From positions 1 to 64,000 of the forward strand of contig JAUCBJ010007162.1 of NCBI GenBank assembly GCA_032718475.1: a stretch of DNA of 64,000 bases. Direction: 5' to 3'. Positions 47,479 to 61,700 of the stretch are shown piece by piece; the first letter of the stretch is position 1, and every line of letters begins with the position of its first letter. This DNA comes from Nemertoderma westbladi. Its lineage: Eukaryota > Animalia > Xenacoelomorpha. A program made the translations under genes and the position numbers. Under the pieces are notes generated by a model. The model saw only the letters and a list, made by a program, of their open reading frames with translations, did not search any database and was not told the origin of the DNA.

Positions 47479-48598
47479 GAAGCACTCCGTGAAATATCAA
47501 ATTCCTACATCCATCGGTAGAAAGTGAAACTAAATAAAGTATCACTGGTGGAGGTTATATTGTTATCCAAAAGATTGCAGGCCCGGTGCACAACCAACTG
47601 ACCTACTTAGACACAAATGTCAATAAATGACATTTATATTTGATAGTTGTTGCCTCAAATTGGAAGGATTTCTTAACAATAAGTACATTAAAAATTATTA
47701 TAATGAAGTTAAGTTCCGAATAACATTGTAACAGGATCGATCAATTTTATTATCAAAATATAATGAACTGTTGGAATGTTTCTTTCATACAATAATACTC
47801 ATATTCTGTGTACCGCTGATTTCTCTGATTATGCCCTATACAGTATTTCTGTTTATTTTAGAATCTTTTTCTCATTATCACAAACAAGTATAATGGAATT
47901 TAAATTATCTAAATATAGTTTATATTTATTATATATGTTCCTAATATATATTAGTATATTTCATTACGGTTGGTAGAAATGCTGTACAGTAGCGTCCATA
48001 GATCACATCATATGAGTTAAACTGAACTGACTTGCATCATTGGCCCCTACTGATATTCAGTACTGTACTGGTGCTGCTACAGCTATGCTACACTGCACAC
48101 GGTAGCTAATCGTACTTCTCAGTACCGGTATGTTAAAGATACAGTATACAGTACCGGTACTGTACAAGAAGTTTTATTTAATTTAAATTTTGAATTGAAA
48201 TATATTTGTTAATTATATCTGTAACTTTTGAATAGGTGCGCGGTTGATATTTATGTATATTATCTATAATTAATTAACCTTGTTAGTAAATAATCACACT
48301 GGAGGTAGTTGGTTGTAAATGTAAAATGTTATCGCAAATTTTGTCGCAATCGTAATATAGACTTGTTTATTGTTTTGATTAGAACACTCATCTACTTTAC
48401 TGTAACCTCCTGATTTTGATAAAGAACAAAATGACAAATTCTAGGCGCACACCAAACGTGAGGCGGATCTATTTGATTTTAAATAAACATATTAACCAAC
48501 TATATGAAAGTTTGAGATGTCAGTTATATTCAATGAAAAATTCTGGGTTGGAGCAAGTTAAATATTATTATTAATCGATTTCAAATATAAATATATTT

Positions 48599-48880
48599 CG
48601 GTAGCTCAGCGCTATCATTATCAATAAAGTACTGATTCTATTATGAAGTTCTTATATTATAAGTTCTCTATTATAAAGAATTGACTACCGTAACGTATGA
48701 CTTGATAATTGCACAAAAAACATAATAAAATTGTGTAATTGTTTTTGTTTTTTGGTTACAAAAATTGATTCTGTTTTTTGTGCATTTTTCAACAGATATC
48801 AAGTCGTACGTTACAGTAGTCAATTCTGCAATTTATATTAGAAGAAGTACTTTATTGATAATGATAGCCCTGAACTAACG
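48599..48880. mobile_element. Fold-back MITE-like element
   Basis: Inverted arms GCTATCATTATCAATAAAGTACT / AGTACTTTATTGATAATGATAGC and GAATTGACTAC..TAACGTA.GACTTGATA / TATCAAGTC.TACGTTA..GTAGTCAATTC. Confidence 0.7.
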
Positions 48881-49437
48881 TAATATGCCTACTGTAGTAG
48901 AAATTAGACTAAAACAGAAGAATTTGATTAAAATTGGCGGGAAATTCAAATTTAATTTTTCCCATGAAATCATCCTAAGAACTAACTAATAAATATGTCT
49001 AATTTTAAGGCATATATATCACTCCCCATATAGGTTTGTGTGAGCTAATGCGGGATTATTTCCTTGGAAAAGACATACATCCGTTACTGTTGTGTCCTGA
49101 TTTATTCATATAACATTATTAAATTTATTAACAAATAATTATTGATTGTTAATTATTGTGCCTCGCTCTTTTTTGCTTGTTTATATCTCTATATATGAGA
49201 TCTTACAATATTTATAATAAGAATTCGTTCAATATATTATATTATATTCATTAAAATTGATAATTTGTATTTATCTTACGGTAAATTTCTCTAATCCACC
49301 GCACATCCCGATATGACTTAGTTAACGAACGAGCGCAGCGATCAAGGTCAATACGATGGATAGAATAATAAATGCATCGCTCATTATAGCTGTAACGTCT
49401 TTATAAATAATTGATAAACCTTAGAATGAAACTGAGA

Positions 49438-49600
49438 GGACGGGGTAGCTCAGTGGTTGAGCGTTGGGCTTTCAATCGATTGGTTGTAGGTTCAAGCCTC
49501 CCCAAGTTCCTCTCAACCTTTTATCCACTGGAGTCGATTCAATGAGTACCAGTTAAGTTACTGGGAGCAAAACAAGGGATAGGAGTAGAGCAAACAACTA
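49438..49600 (+). mobile_element. tRNA-derived SINE with Deu/Nin-like central domain
   Basis: A box TAGCTCAGTGG and B box GGTTCAAGCC, then CTCAACCTTTTATCC...GTCGAT..AATGAGTACCAG. This resembles the conserved Deu/Nin SINE core, recalled from memory and not searched. Confidence 0.7.
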
Positions 49601-51020
49601 GTCTGCAAACGCTAAAACTTCTGACTGTGTGAATTAAATGTTTTAATTTTAACTTTTCTACTTTCACGCGGTTACACTTCATAATTATACATTTTTAGAA
49701 ATTCCACAAATTAATTCCATTAATAAAAGTTCCATTAGCAGTATTTCATTCGGACATTCTACTTTGTAATAAAACTGAATTGCATACTTTGTCGTAATGT
49801 ACTTAACAGCGTTATGAAACTTGTTTAATTATTTACACTTCACTCACTATGTTCGTTTGTGTAAAAAAAACCACTTGAATCTGCACAATGTAAAATCTCT
49901 GTGTATCAAATCAAAATACACTGTTAATAAACGAAAAAAATGCAGACATGTCATATAACTGCCCTGAAACAAATACGGTTTATTGTAAAATTTTCGACCA
50001 ACAACAATAAATTGTATGTTTCGAAACAATCCAGTTCACACAAAAACTATTCCTTAACAAAAATGCATCCTGAATTAAAATTAATGTTGTTACCCTACAT
50101 TGAGTGGATTGAGAGTGGGCAGGAACAAAGACAATTTATCAGGCTTCTGTGAAGGGAAGGAGTTCCCGTGTGTGTGTGTGTATCAACCAGGTGAAGGGGC
50201 CTCAGACACCCCGCTGGGTGGGCACCCGACCTACCTTTGGGTGTCACTGGTGGCTGTACAGTGTACACAGATAGTGAGGCACCCTTTCTAACCGTAACTG
50301 TCTGTGTATGGAGTGATACTGTCAGACACCCTGCTGATTTCTGGACATCCCTTGAAGACGATGGTCCATTTACTGCGTGGGAAAACATTCTAATCTTATT
50401 TTTATAGCCGCGGCTTCTTGATTTCAAGCACTTATGTAACACTCATTATGAGAACTACATGCTGACATGGAATATATATAGATAATAGCCGTATAATGTA
50501 GGCCTATATATACAAAGGGTGTTAGAAAATCGATCTTTCTCCAAACAAATTGCATGTTTCTAAAAAGTACTATATTGTACTCTCATTCTTATTTACTATT
50601 GCTTTCAATTTTACTACAGAATCAAAGAAACGGCTTGACTTCGAGACACAAATAGGAACAGCTTCTGGTTGCTAACTGGTGAACAGTATTGCAGAATACT
50701 GAATTACATGTTGATTTCAATGCTTTCCCGACTTTTAAGTGTTGTCTTTCCGGCAAGACGAAGTTTTCCTGCGACTTGCCGTCGATATGCGCAGCCGAAC
50801 ATATGGCAGAAATACTTTTCGGACAGTGATCTACGGTTATTCACAATGTTTGTGGCCATTTTAACTGTGGTATACCGTTTTTTATCACTGTGGCTGAGTG
50901 TTGTAACAATTTTTTGGTGTCAGAAATTCCACTTATCCATGTGAACCTGGCATGGGGAAGTATATATATAGTGAGGTAGATCGTGAGTGTATGTATTAAA
51001 CAGTGATAAGCACGATGAAC

Positions 51021-51354
51021 TGGACCTCTGACAATTCGCCCTTAGCGGCAGACAGAGGAACTGTAAAACTCTGTCTGTGTGTAGAATTGATATATAAGCA
51101 ATGCTGGTAGGTTACTACTACCAAATTTCAGATGAATCTGATGGTTAGTTCTATAATTACAGGTAATTTTGCTTTTCTGTCAATTCGCCCCTTAGCGCCA
51201 GACAGAGGAACTATAGAAGTCTCTCTGTATGCAGAATTTCTAAACTTTTTATAGACTACATGTGTACCAAGTTTGGTTCCATTTCATTCGTGATTGACCG
51301 ACTTATTAGTATTCAAACATTCTAGCCACAAACCCAGGCACCCACAAACAAAAC

Positions 51355-51398
<44 letters not shown>

Positions 51399-51420
51399 AA
51401 ACAAACTAATAATAGCTGCA
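51021..51420 (+). mobile_element. Probable Helentron/Helitron-associated non-autonomous element (HINE/DINE-like)
   Basis: ~150-bp internal tandem duplication (CAATTCGCCC..TTAGCG.CAGACAGAGGAACT at ~51032 and ~51181; ACCAAATTTCA / ACCAAGTTTGG), followed by an (AACT)n microsatellite at ~51355-51405. Confidence 0.5.
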
Positions 51421-51540
51421 GGAACGCGAGCAGAGCTCCAGTCATAGTTGCTAATTACATGGAGAATTTCGTGGAAAATTGCTTTCAGTGAAATCAACAT
51501 CCCTGGACAAAAAGAGATCGAGAATAATGAAATACAACTC

Positions 51541-52051
51541 GTACATACGACTTACATTACTTCGCCCGCGTCCAACCTTAGCCCTGGGGAAATCTTCGCC
51601 CGCACTCAATCTTCACCCGCGAGCAACTTTTCCCAATTATTAACCATTTAAGTTAACAATTGAGGGAAAGGAGCAGGTTAGAGAAACGGCTTTTTCTAAC
51701 CAAAACAATAAACGATGTTGTTACCAATTGAGGGAAAGGAGCAGGTTAGAGAGACGGCTTTTTCTAACCAAAACAATAAACGATGTTGCTACCAATTGAG
51801 GGAAAGGAGCAGGTTAGAGAGACGGCTTTTCAAACCATAACAATAAACGATGTTGTTACCAATTGAGAGAAAGGAGCAAGTTAACAGATACGGCTTTTTC
51901 TAACCAAAAAACAATAATTGTTTATTGGGAAGGTTGCTCGCGGGCGAAGAATGCCTGCGGGTGAAGGTATCCGCCGGGCGATAGTTGCTCATTTTGAGAG
52001 CGAAGGTTGCTCTCGGGCGAAGCTTTCTAGCGGGCGAAGTTTGCTGCGTAC
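51541..52051. mobile_element. MITE-like element with CTTCGCCCGC-rich inverted ends and an internal 68-bp tandem repeat (~4 copies, 51657-51920)
   Basis: Left arm repeats CTTCGCCCGC/GAGCAAC and right arm repeats GTTGCTC/GCGGGCGAAG. Unit CAATTGAGGGAAAGGAGCAGG... recurs every 68 bp. Confidence 0.7.
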
Positions 52052-53105
52052 AGTACTATCTTTTAAACATGCGTAACGATTAGTTTACCTGCACTGAATA
52101 CGGTACCTCTTACCTTTAATTCTGGAATAACCTGTGACCACAAACTATTATATGGATCTTATTACAGAATGTTTATTGTTTTTATTGACGAATTTTATTG
52201 TGCAATTCCATGAATTTTATTTAACATAATATGCAACATGTTTTTTTTATCTGTTAATATAATTGTCGGCTCAACTCACAGACCCGATGAAATGAAATGA
52301 AATATATAACCGGCATTAATGGAATTCAATCTGACCTTTCTAAGTTAATAGATGCAGGGTGCAGGCCTATAGAATAATGTTAAACATATTGTATATAATT
52401 TTAGTATTTATAGGTGCAATACAAGCGTTATTAACAATATGGTGGTGCTGGAATTTGGAATTGATGAAAATTCTGCTGCTGAATCTAAAATAACAGTCTC
52501 AATTTCATGGACTTCACAATAGTCACTACTATTGCATTTTAAAAATATTTACGTGAGATTTTATGGTTAATGAATGAGTTAATTAAAGCTACACCTGCTA
52601 TTCTCTGGTATCTTGCATATTGTATAGGCACCGGTACCGGTATAATGAGAGTGACCAGCCGAATTAACTGAATAACAAACATCCCTAGAGGGAAGTAGAT
52701 GTTGGTTGCTCTACCAGCCGGAGGCGTTTTTTAGACGGCAAATTGGTGTTATTTATTTGGCCTTTTGGTTTGGGTTTATATACATACACCATGACCCGTA
52801 GTAATATTTTATCATTTTCGGATGACACGGACCCCCCCCCCCCCCCCCAGATTTTTCTACAAATATTTATCATATTGCTTGAAATTTGAAACACAACTTG
52901 TCAACTAGTTCCACTCACCGTCGTTGACCCCAGGAAGCGGGAATTTTCTATGTTGCATTTAACTTTTTTATAAGCGTTTTGAAAAAGTGTTTTTTTTTGC
53001 GAAATCGCAACCTCCGTATCGTGGCCATTCTTCACATTAGTCGTAATTTTTTTAATATCATTAAAAAGCTTGCGTTGCAAGGATTCCAAATATGTAACAT
53101 AACTA

Positions 53106-53423
53106 CAGTCCCAATCCCAATAAACATTAACTTGGTCGTTTTGGCGGCCAAAATAACCAAAATCACCAAAAAAATTTAGTGTATTCCTATGGGCTACTTG
53201 GTCGTTTTGGCGAAGCGATTTAACTCGAATCAGCTCAATCCAGACAGTCTGTCTCCTTGGCCATCCATTTGGTGGATCTGACTAAATGTCGGCTCGCTTT
53301 CATTTTTATTATTGACAGATTGCCTCAGAAGTTCCTTTCATGAATGCCGCAATTTATATTTGGCCATTTTGGTCGTTTTGGCCGCTAAAATGACCAAGTT
53401 AATGTTTATTGGGATTGGGACTG
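53106..53423. mobile_element. Nested MITE with ~60-bp TIRs
   Basis: CAGTCCCAATCCCAATAAACATTAACTTGGTC... / ...GACCAAGTTAATGTTTATTGGGATTGGGACTG. Confidence 0.8.
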
Positions 53424-53429
53424 AATGTA

Positions 53430-54210
53430 TATATATATTGAGTAGCTATTCATACTTAGACAAAATGTTCCAGAACTTTGCGTATTTATCAAATAGAATA
53501 ATTAAATGGCAATATTCTAAGAAAAAATATCCCCTATGGTTCTTTATGCATTCTCATCGTATTCAAGATATCTCAAACTTCAACACCTAAAAGAACTTGA
53601 TAAAATAAAATCAACATGTGTTAAACGTGTTCTAGGGCTACACAAGTCTGCGTCATCAACGCTCGCACTACACATAATAGGTAGAAATACGATGGTTGAC
53701 GACATTCTAGAACGCTCCCCTCAAACCATTTTACAACCAGAAATTCTAGAACAGTATCGGGCCTTTCGAAACAAAAGAAATACTCATTTTGAATCGCAGG
53801 GATACGCCAATGGCCCGGCGTTCACCTCAACTACTTGGCGAGCGCCAGGCCAAAAATACCGTCACGTAATAACCCGCGCCACCTGTCATGGATTTCACAA
53901 TAAATTGTGTGAAAATAAAACACCTTTCCATACGCTCACAACAGACTGCACCTGTCGGTTTTGCGGAGGGTGCTGCAGCGACCGATTACATGTTTTCAGC
54001 TGTCAATCATCCCCAACTGCGGCCAAACTAGCAACTGGCTAAATTAACGGTTTTTAAAATAATGTATTATAATATTAATATTTAGTTAAATTAAAAAATA
54101 CACTTTTACTGTGCTATATTTTAATGTATATAATATAAATTATTAATATACTTTCCTTTTACCCCTTTTGGGGGTGTTGATTCTTAAAAAAAAATTAAAT
54201 AGAATAAATG
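53430..54210 (+). mobile_element. 3' end of a non-LTR retrotransposon ORF2 with terminal Cys/His knuckle
   Basis: ORF 53536..54042 reads LDKIKSTCVKRVLGL...RHVITRATCHGFH...CTCRFCGGCCSDRLHVFSC, followed by an AT-rich UTR and AATAAA near 54203. Clade not determined. Confidence 0.6.
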
Positions 54211-54583
54211 GTCTTCAGCGAACAATAATTCTTACAATATTTGAACGCCTATATCGCAGCTGTTTCTCAACGAAGTTCAGGTATTGTTACATATTTCGAA
54301 TACTTGAAACGCAAGCTTTCAAATGATATGAACATATTACGACTAATGTGAAGAATGGCCACGATACGGAGGGTGCGATTTCGCAAAAGAAACTTTTTTA
54401 AAACGCTTATACAAAATTTAAAGGCAAAATCGAAAATTCCGGCTTCATGGAGTCATCGTCTGTGAGGGAAACAAATTGGGGGGGGGGGGGGGGGGGGGGG
54501 GGGTGTAGTGTCATCAGAAAATGACACTAATAATTACGAGTCATGGTGAATACGAGCACGATGACTCATATTATTAATATCTA

Positions 54584-55440
54584 CACCATCTCCCTTAATA
54601 CAACAACCATTTTTAGGGGGTCGGAGCCCCCCCCCCCCTAATTTTTATCAATTTCCAATAAAATGCTACGAAATTTGGTATTATAGTTCGACAACTTTTC
54701 TTACTGCTGGCCTGGCCAGATTTTTTAATTTATGAGCTATTTCGGTACACCAAACTGTTAAGATACGACTTTTTAGCAATATTTAACCATCTCTGTTGTC
54801 TATATTTTTAATCTTTTGAATGCAATATGAGAACCGCCTTCATCTGCAGATTCCGAATCTGAAAACCGCTTAAAATTTTATAAAAAATACAAAAGTTATT
54901 ATCGAAATACTAAGGTGTACATTTTGAGACATTAATCGCTTTAATTCTATTGTTTTATTTACTCAATTCTAGAAGATGGAGAGTTTTAAAGTTAAAGTTT
55001 TAAAGTCAACTAAGTTAATTATTTAATATTCAAGCATAAAGACAAAAAACCTTCGAATTATAGCGATGATCCTAAAATTTACACCTTAGTATTTTGATAT
55101 CTTTGGCATTTTTTTATGAAACTTTAAACGGTTTTCAGATTAGGAATCTGCAGTTGAAGGCGGTTCTCTCATAATATCTAGATTACATTCAAAAGATTAA
55201 AAATAAAGCCAACAGAGATTGTTAAATATTGTTAAAAAGGTGTATTTTAACGGCTTGTTGTATCGAAAAGCTCATAAATTAAAAAATCCGGCAAGGCCAG
55301 CAGTAAGAAAAATTGCCGAACTACCATCATACCAAATTTCGTAGCATATGATAGAAATGTGAAAACAACTAGGAGGGGGGGGGGGGGGGGGGGGGGGCTC
55401 CGACCCCCTAAAATTGGTTGTTGTATTAAGGGAGATGGTG
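54584..55440. mobile_element. Fold-back MITE (CACCATCTCCC...GGGAGATGGTG), ~340-bp arms, TA TSD (Tc1/mariner-like)
   Basis: Perfect terminal inverted repeat and long diverged arms, flanked by TA on both sides (54582-83, 55441-42). Confidence 0.85.
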
Positions 55441-56650
55441 TAATAATATATGTAAGTATATATGAATAAAGTGAATCTTTCAGAACAGTATTCTATTGGT
55501 ATCAAATATTATCGATTAAACTACATACAACTTCTTTGCAACTTCTTCATAAACTTCATGAACGTACCGCCAAGGTCATGTTACCATGTCAATGAACTCT
55601 ATAAGCGCATTCGATGTCTTCTATAACTTTTGCCCATATGAAGAATACCATAGGTTTTCACTTTTTGGTCTGAATTTATTTATATATTAGGATATTGTAA
55701 TTTTTTAATTTATCTTTATTAAGTGTTTTATACGCTTATTTCTGTCTTATAACCTGTACATATACTAATTCGTTTATTATCGTTTTGGTTAGATTCAGTT
55801 CTTCTGTAACCTGGGTTTTCAGTGAAAGTCTGGTATTCTTCACATCAGGGTAAACTGCAAAATGAAAATATAACAGCAGAATTTCTAGTACTTCACATAA
55901 GGCGAAAACTTTAGTTGACCTTCCAGACTAAGAGAACTCCCAGAGGTGATTGACACGACAGTTTTTTCATTCTAAGTACGACTCAGTGGCCTACCATAAA
56001 AACAGTAATGAAAAATACTTTATTCGAGAATGAAATATTACTGTTGTATGTTTTAGGATTGTAGAACAGTATACCATTACCGATACTCGATAAAGTATAT
56101 TAAGAATGTAAAGGAATACGGTACGAGAAATCAGAACAAATTGCTAAATTCGCCAACAATCAACAAGAAAAATAATCTCACGTATATAAAACTAGATAAA
56201 GTCATGAAATATAATAGTTCAAGTTGGAATCTTTGAAAATCAACAGTTTATTTAAATGTTATTCTATACCACAGTGCAGAGGCGAGAGTCGGGCTCTTTG
56301 AGGAGTTGAGTAAGGGAAGTTGAGTGAGGTTGGGGGGGGGGGGGGATATATTTTTTTAAAAAAGTAGGCCAAATTTTGGAAAGAAAATGTGAAGGAAGTA
56401 TAATATATTGCATTTTAGAGTTTGTTATTCAATGAGTTTCCTTAATATTTTCCTGGGGTTTGCATACCTTGACATAATTTACCCGATATACCTGTGTATT
56501 ATACAATCATACCTGTACAAAGCCATAAATTTACTCAAATTCCAATTCACAAAACTGTCTTCAAACTCGATTTAAAAGGATCAAATTCCGGGAGCGCAAC
56601 CATCTAATCTTCTATTGTTCAAACACATTACAGAATCAGCCTAACCTCTG

Positions 56651-56835
56651 TCCAATGAAAACCATTCTGATACTGCCTCCTTACTGCGTAAACCAATCAG
56701 AACGCTTGGTCGACATAAGAACGAATATACAAAGGATGTATTCTAAGAAGCTTTATTATTTAAGCGAACCAACGCAAAATCTACCTAACATTTACAATAC
56801 CTTGTGATTTAATATTAATCAACACTATAAGTAGC
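56651..56835 (+). promoter_or_regulatory. Putative POU4 proximal promoter (two CCAAT boxes, TATA-like site)
   Basis: CCAAT at 56652, AACCAATCAG at 56691-56700 and TATAAG at 56826, 80-250 bp upstream of the ATG. Confidence 0.4.
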
Positions 56836-56905
56836 AAATTAATTTTAAAGTTTGATTGAATTTCTATTTTGCTATTTGCATTCGAAACGAAAGAGCAAAG
56901 TAACA

Positions 56906-57121
56906 ATGTACGGTCCACCTATGGGTTCTATGATTAACAGTAGTCAGCCACACCATCTGGCTGCAATGAACCACCACCATCACCACAATACGTTCGGTGT
57001 GCCACACACAAAGTACCCCGGTCATAGTATGCACCGGTCACCGCCAGACTCTCTCCGCCGACACTTTACGTCGTCGCCACCAGTCAGAATGTCTGATAGT
57101 AGCTACACATACAGACACACG
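56906..57121 (+). CDS. POU4: POU class IV transcription factor, coding exon 1
   Basis: 72 codons MYGPPMGSMINSSQP...KYPGHSMH...LRRH, similar to POU4 N-termini. Phase-0 donor ACG|GTTAGT joins in frame to GNIF. Confidence 0.8.
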
Positions 57122-58484
57122 GTTAGTACATCGAATTTTATTTGAGTATAATTTTAATTCTACTGTTTAAATATACTTTTAGTAGAATTTTAATTTCAAA
57201 CCTACCCCGATATTATATATGCCTAATATATAATTTAATTATAATTATTGCTTTATTTTATATATGTTAAAAAAGTATGCCACTCGAATTGGTTTAGTAT
57301 AAATATAACTAAAGGTTATTATCTTAAAAGGGCGCCTATACACATCAATAGTGTTCTGCCTGTGATCGGTTCAAGTTCTGATACTTAAGTAATAGTACAC
57401 ACTGGCAGAAGTATAAAATATGTACAATAAGCAATAGTAATGCCTTCAAACTATTGTATCGGAATTAACGAAAATATATCATTATTTATTATTTGATGAA
57501 AAAGTTTCCAGTTCCCATATTATGAATAATGTTGTTATTTCGATGAGTGTAATTAATTACTTTCAACATGTTTGGTAAATTATCACTTATTAGAGTTTTG
57601 ACTCGCGTGGGTGTTTTGCACTATCGAATTATAAAATAAGGGATATATAAGGGACTATAACATACTATTATTTTTATTACTTGGTACTTTCATAAAGAAT
57701 TTTAATATGAATAGTATATTTTACTTTCTCTACTCAACACACAAAATCATATATAATTTAATAAAATATATCACACTACCAGCTACCTCCTGAAACATTA
57801 GCTGACTACCATAAGTAGGTCTATCAAACATACCAAATTACTTTTGGTAGTAACATATGGCAGACAAGTCTTGCTCGATGTTTAAATTTTGGGCGGAGGT
57901 GAAAAACAATAGAGGTACTAAAAGTTTCATTTACTGAACTTCCAAAGTTTTATGCAGAACTGCAAAATGTTTGCAAAACTTGAGAAAATCATTTAAATAT
58001 ATTAAACGTGACAAATAATTTACAAAAAATTTATATAATTTCAATTAATATAGATTAAAATTACAAACGGACGTTAAAAACGATAAGTTAATTAGTGATA
58101 AATATCTATATGTTTCTAAAATAATAAGTAAATATTAATTTATATATTTTATTTTATTTATATAACAAAATATTACGCAATATATACCGGTACAAAGATT
58201 GATTTAGATTGTAATATAAATACCTAATATATGATATTAATTAACATTTCACTATGAAATAAATATAATTTCATACTTACCGCGATATAATATAATATTT
58301 AATCATAATTTTTTTTATTTTCTAAATTATATTTCACGAGATCTGATGTAGTAAATATAAACAGGTTAAGAAATATATATAATAGAAAATAATAATAGTA
58401 AATATATACAGGTTATATCAAAAATCTTATGGCCTACTTTATTAATTACATTGCCTCTGTAATCTATTTATATTCTTCTTACAG

Positions 58485-58710
58485 GGGAATATATTTTCCG
58501 GTTTTGATGACAACTTTCTAGCACGAGCCGAAGCATTGGCTGCTGTTGATGCCTGCGCGAAAATACAGTCAGGCAATGCGGCACAGCTGGGCGCCACAAT
58601 AAAGGACGACCCAGGGGCCATGATAATGGCAAACAAATACACCGGGTCTGGGAGGTACAGCCAGGAGCAAGGGATGATGGGTCTAACTAGTCCAGAACAC
58701 ACACAGTTCG
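58485..58710 (+). CDS. POU4: POU class IV transcription factor, exon 2 (POU-IV box)
   Basis: Acceptor TTCTTACAG|. GNIFSGFDDNFLARAEALAAVD is the class IV upstream homology motif. Donor G|GTGAGT, phase 1. Confidence 0.93.
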
Positions 58711-61700
58711 GTGAGTGTCTAATACAGAACACACACAGTTCGGTGAGTGTCTATTACAGAACACATACAGTTCGGTGAGTGTCTAATACAGAACACACAC
58801 AGTTCGGTGAGTGTCTATTACAGAACACATACAGTTCGGTGAGTGTCTAATACAGAACACACACAGTTCGGTGAGTGTCTAATACAGAACACACACAGTT
58901 CGGTGAGTGTCCTAATACAGAACACACACAGTTCGGTGAGTGTCTAATACAGAACACACACAGTTCGGTGAGTTTCTAATACAGAACACACACAGTTCGG
59001 TGAGTGTCCTAATACAGAACACACACAGTTCGGTGAGTGTCTAATACAGAACACACACAGTTCGGTGAGTGTCTAATACAGAACACATACACAGTTCGGT
59101 GAGTGTCTAATATAGAACACACACAGTTCGGTGAGTATCTAACACAGAACACACACAGTTCGGTGAGTGTCGAATACAGAACACACACAGTTCGGTCAGT
59201 GTCTAATACAGAACACATACAGTTCGGTGAGTGTCCTAATACAGAACACACACAGTTCGGTGAGTGTCTAATACAGAACACACACAGTTCGGTGAGTGTC
59301 TAATACAGAACACAGACAGTTCGGTGAGTGTCTAATGCAGAACACACACAGTTCGGTGAGTGTCTAATACAGAACACACACAGTTCGGTGAGTCTCTAAT
59401 ACAGAACACATACAGTTCGGTGAGTGTCTAATACAGAACACACACAGTTCGGTGAGTGTCTAATACAGAACACACACAGTTCGGTGAGTGTCTAATACAG
59501 AACACACACAGTTCGGTGAGTGTCTAATACAGAACACACACAGTTCGGTGAGTATCCTAATACAGAACACACACAGTTCGGTGAGTGTCTAATACAGAAC
59601 ACACACAGTTCGGTGAGTGTCTAATACAGAACACACACAGTTCGGTGAGTGTCTAATACAGAACACACACAGTACGGTGAGTGTCTAATACAGAACACAC
59701 ACAGTTCGGTGAGTGTCTAATACAGAACACACACAGTTCGGTGAGTGTCTAATACAGAACACACACAGTTCGGTGAGTGTCTAATACAGAACATACACAG
59801 TTCGGTAAGTGTCTAAATAAGAACACACACAGTTCGGTGAGTGTCTAATACAGAACACACACAGTTCGGTGAGTGTCTAATACAGAACACACACAGTTCG
59901 GTGAGTGTCTAATACAGAACACACACAGTTCGGTGAGTATCTAATACAGAACACACACAGTTCGGTGAGTATCTAATACAGAACACACACAGTTCGGTGA
60001 GTATCTAATACAGAACACACACAGTTCTGTGAGTGTCTAATATAGAACACACACACTTCGGTGAGTATCTAATATAGAACACACACAGTTCGGTGAGTAT
60101 CTAATACAGAACACACACAGTTCGGTGAGTGTCTAATACAGAACACACACAGTTCGGTGAGTGTCTAATACAGAACACACACAGTTCGGTGAGTGTCTAA
60201 TACAGAACACACACAGTTCGGTGAGTGTCTAATACAGAACACACACAGTTCGGTGAGTGTCTAATACAGAACACACACAGTTCGGTGAGTCTCTAATACA
60301 GAACACACACAGTTCGGTGAGTGTCTAATACAGAACACACACAGTACGGTGAGTGTCAAATACAGAACACACACAGTTCGGTGAGTGTCTAATACAGAAC
60401 ACACACAGTTCGATGAGTGTCTAATACAGAACACATACACAGTTCGGTGAGTGTCTAATACAGAACACACACAGTTCGCTGAGTGTCTAATACAGAACAT
60501 ACACAGTTCGGTAAGTGTCTAAATAATAACACACACAGTTCGGTGGGTGTCTAATACAGAACACACACAGTTCGGTGGGTGTCTAATACAGAACACACAC
60601 AGTTCGGTGAGTGTCTAATACAGAACACACACAGTTCGGTGGGTGTCTAATACAGAACACACACAGTTCGGTGGGTATCTAATACAGAACACACACAGTT
60701 CGGTGAGTGTCTAATACAGAAAACACACAGTTCGGTGAGTGTCTAATACAGAACACACACAGTTCGGTGAGTCTCTAATACAGAACACACACAGTTCGGT
60801 GAGTGTCTAATACAGAACACACACAGTTCGTTGGGTGTCTAATACAGAACACACACAGTTCGGTGGGTGTCTAATACAGAACACACACAGTTCGGTGAGT
60901 GTCTAATACAGAACACACACAGTTCGGTGAGTGTCTAATACAGAACACACACAGTTCGGTGAGTCTCTAATACAGAACACACACAGTTCGGTGAGTGTCT
61001 AATACAGAACACGTACATAGTTCGGTGAGTGTCTAATACAGAACACACACAGTTCGGTGAGTGTCTAACTAAGAACACACACAGTTCGGTGAGTGTCTAA
61101 TACAGAACACACACAGTTCCGTGAGTGTCTAATACAGAACACACACAGTTCGGTGAGTGTCTAACTAAGAACACACACAGTTCGGTGAGTGTCTAATACA
61201 GAACACACACAGTTCGGTAAGTGTCTAATACAGAACACACACAGTTCGGTGAGTGTCTATTACAGAACACACACAGTTCGGTGAGTGTCTAATACAGAAC
61301 ACACACAGTTCGGTGAGTGTCTAATACAGAACACACACAGTTCGGTGAGTGTCTAATACAGAACACACACAGTTCGGTGAGTGTCTATTACAGAACACAT
61401 ACAGTTCGGTGAGTGTCTAATACAGAACACACACAGTTCGGTGAGTGTCTATTACAGAACACATACAGTTCGGTGAGTGTCTAATACAGAACACACACAG
61501 TTCGGTGAGTGTCTAATACAGAACACACACAGTTCGGTGAGTGTCCTAATACAGAACACACACAGTTCGGTGAGTGTCTAATACAGAACACACACAGTTC
61601 GGTGAGTGTCTAATACAGAACACACACAGTTCGGTGAGTGTCCTAATACAGAACACACACAGTTCGGTGAGTGTCTATACAGAACACACACAGTTCGGCG

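Larger units (their letters stand above)
52787..54548. mobile_element. Long-TIR MITE (CACCATGAC...GTCATGGTG; ~260-310-bp arms) containing nested insertions
   Basis: 52787-53099 is the diverged reverse complement of 54285-54548, including mirrored poly-C/poly-G and CCTCCGTATCGTGGCCATTCTTCACATTAGTCGTAAT. Confidence 0.8.

Noticed and set aside
49438-49510. tRNA gene
   Set aside because: A and B boxes are present but the stems pair poorly and the sequence continues into a SINE core, so it is called as a SINE.
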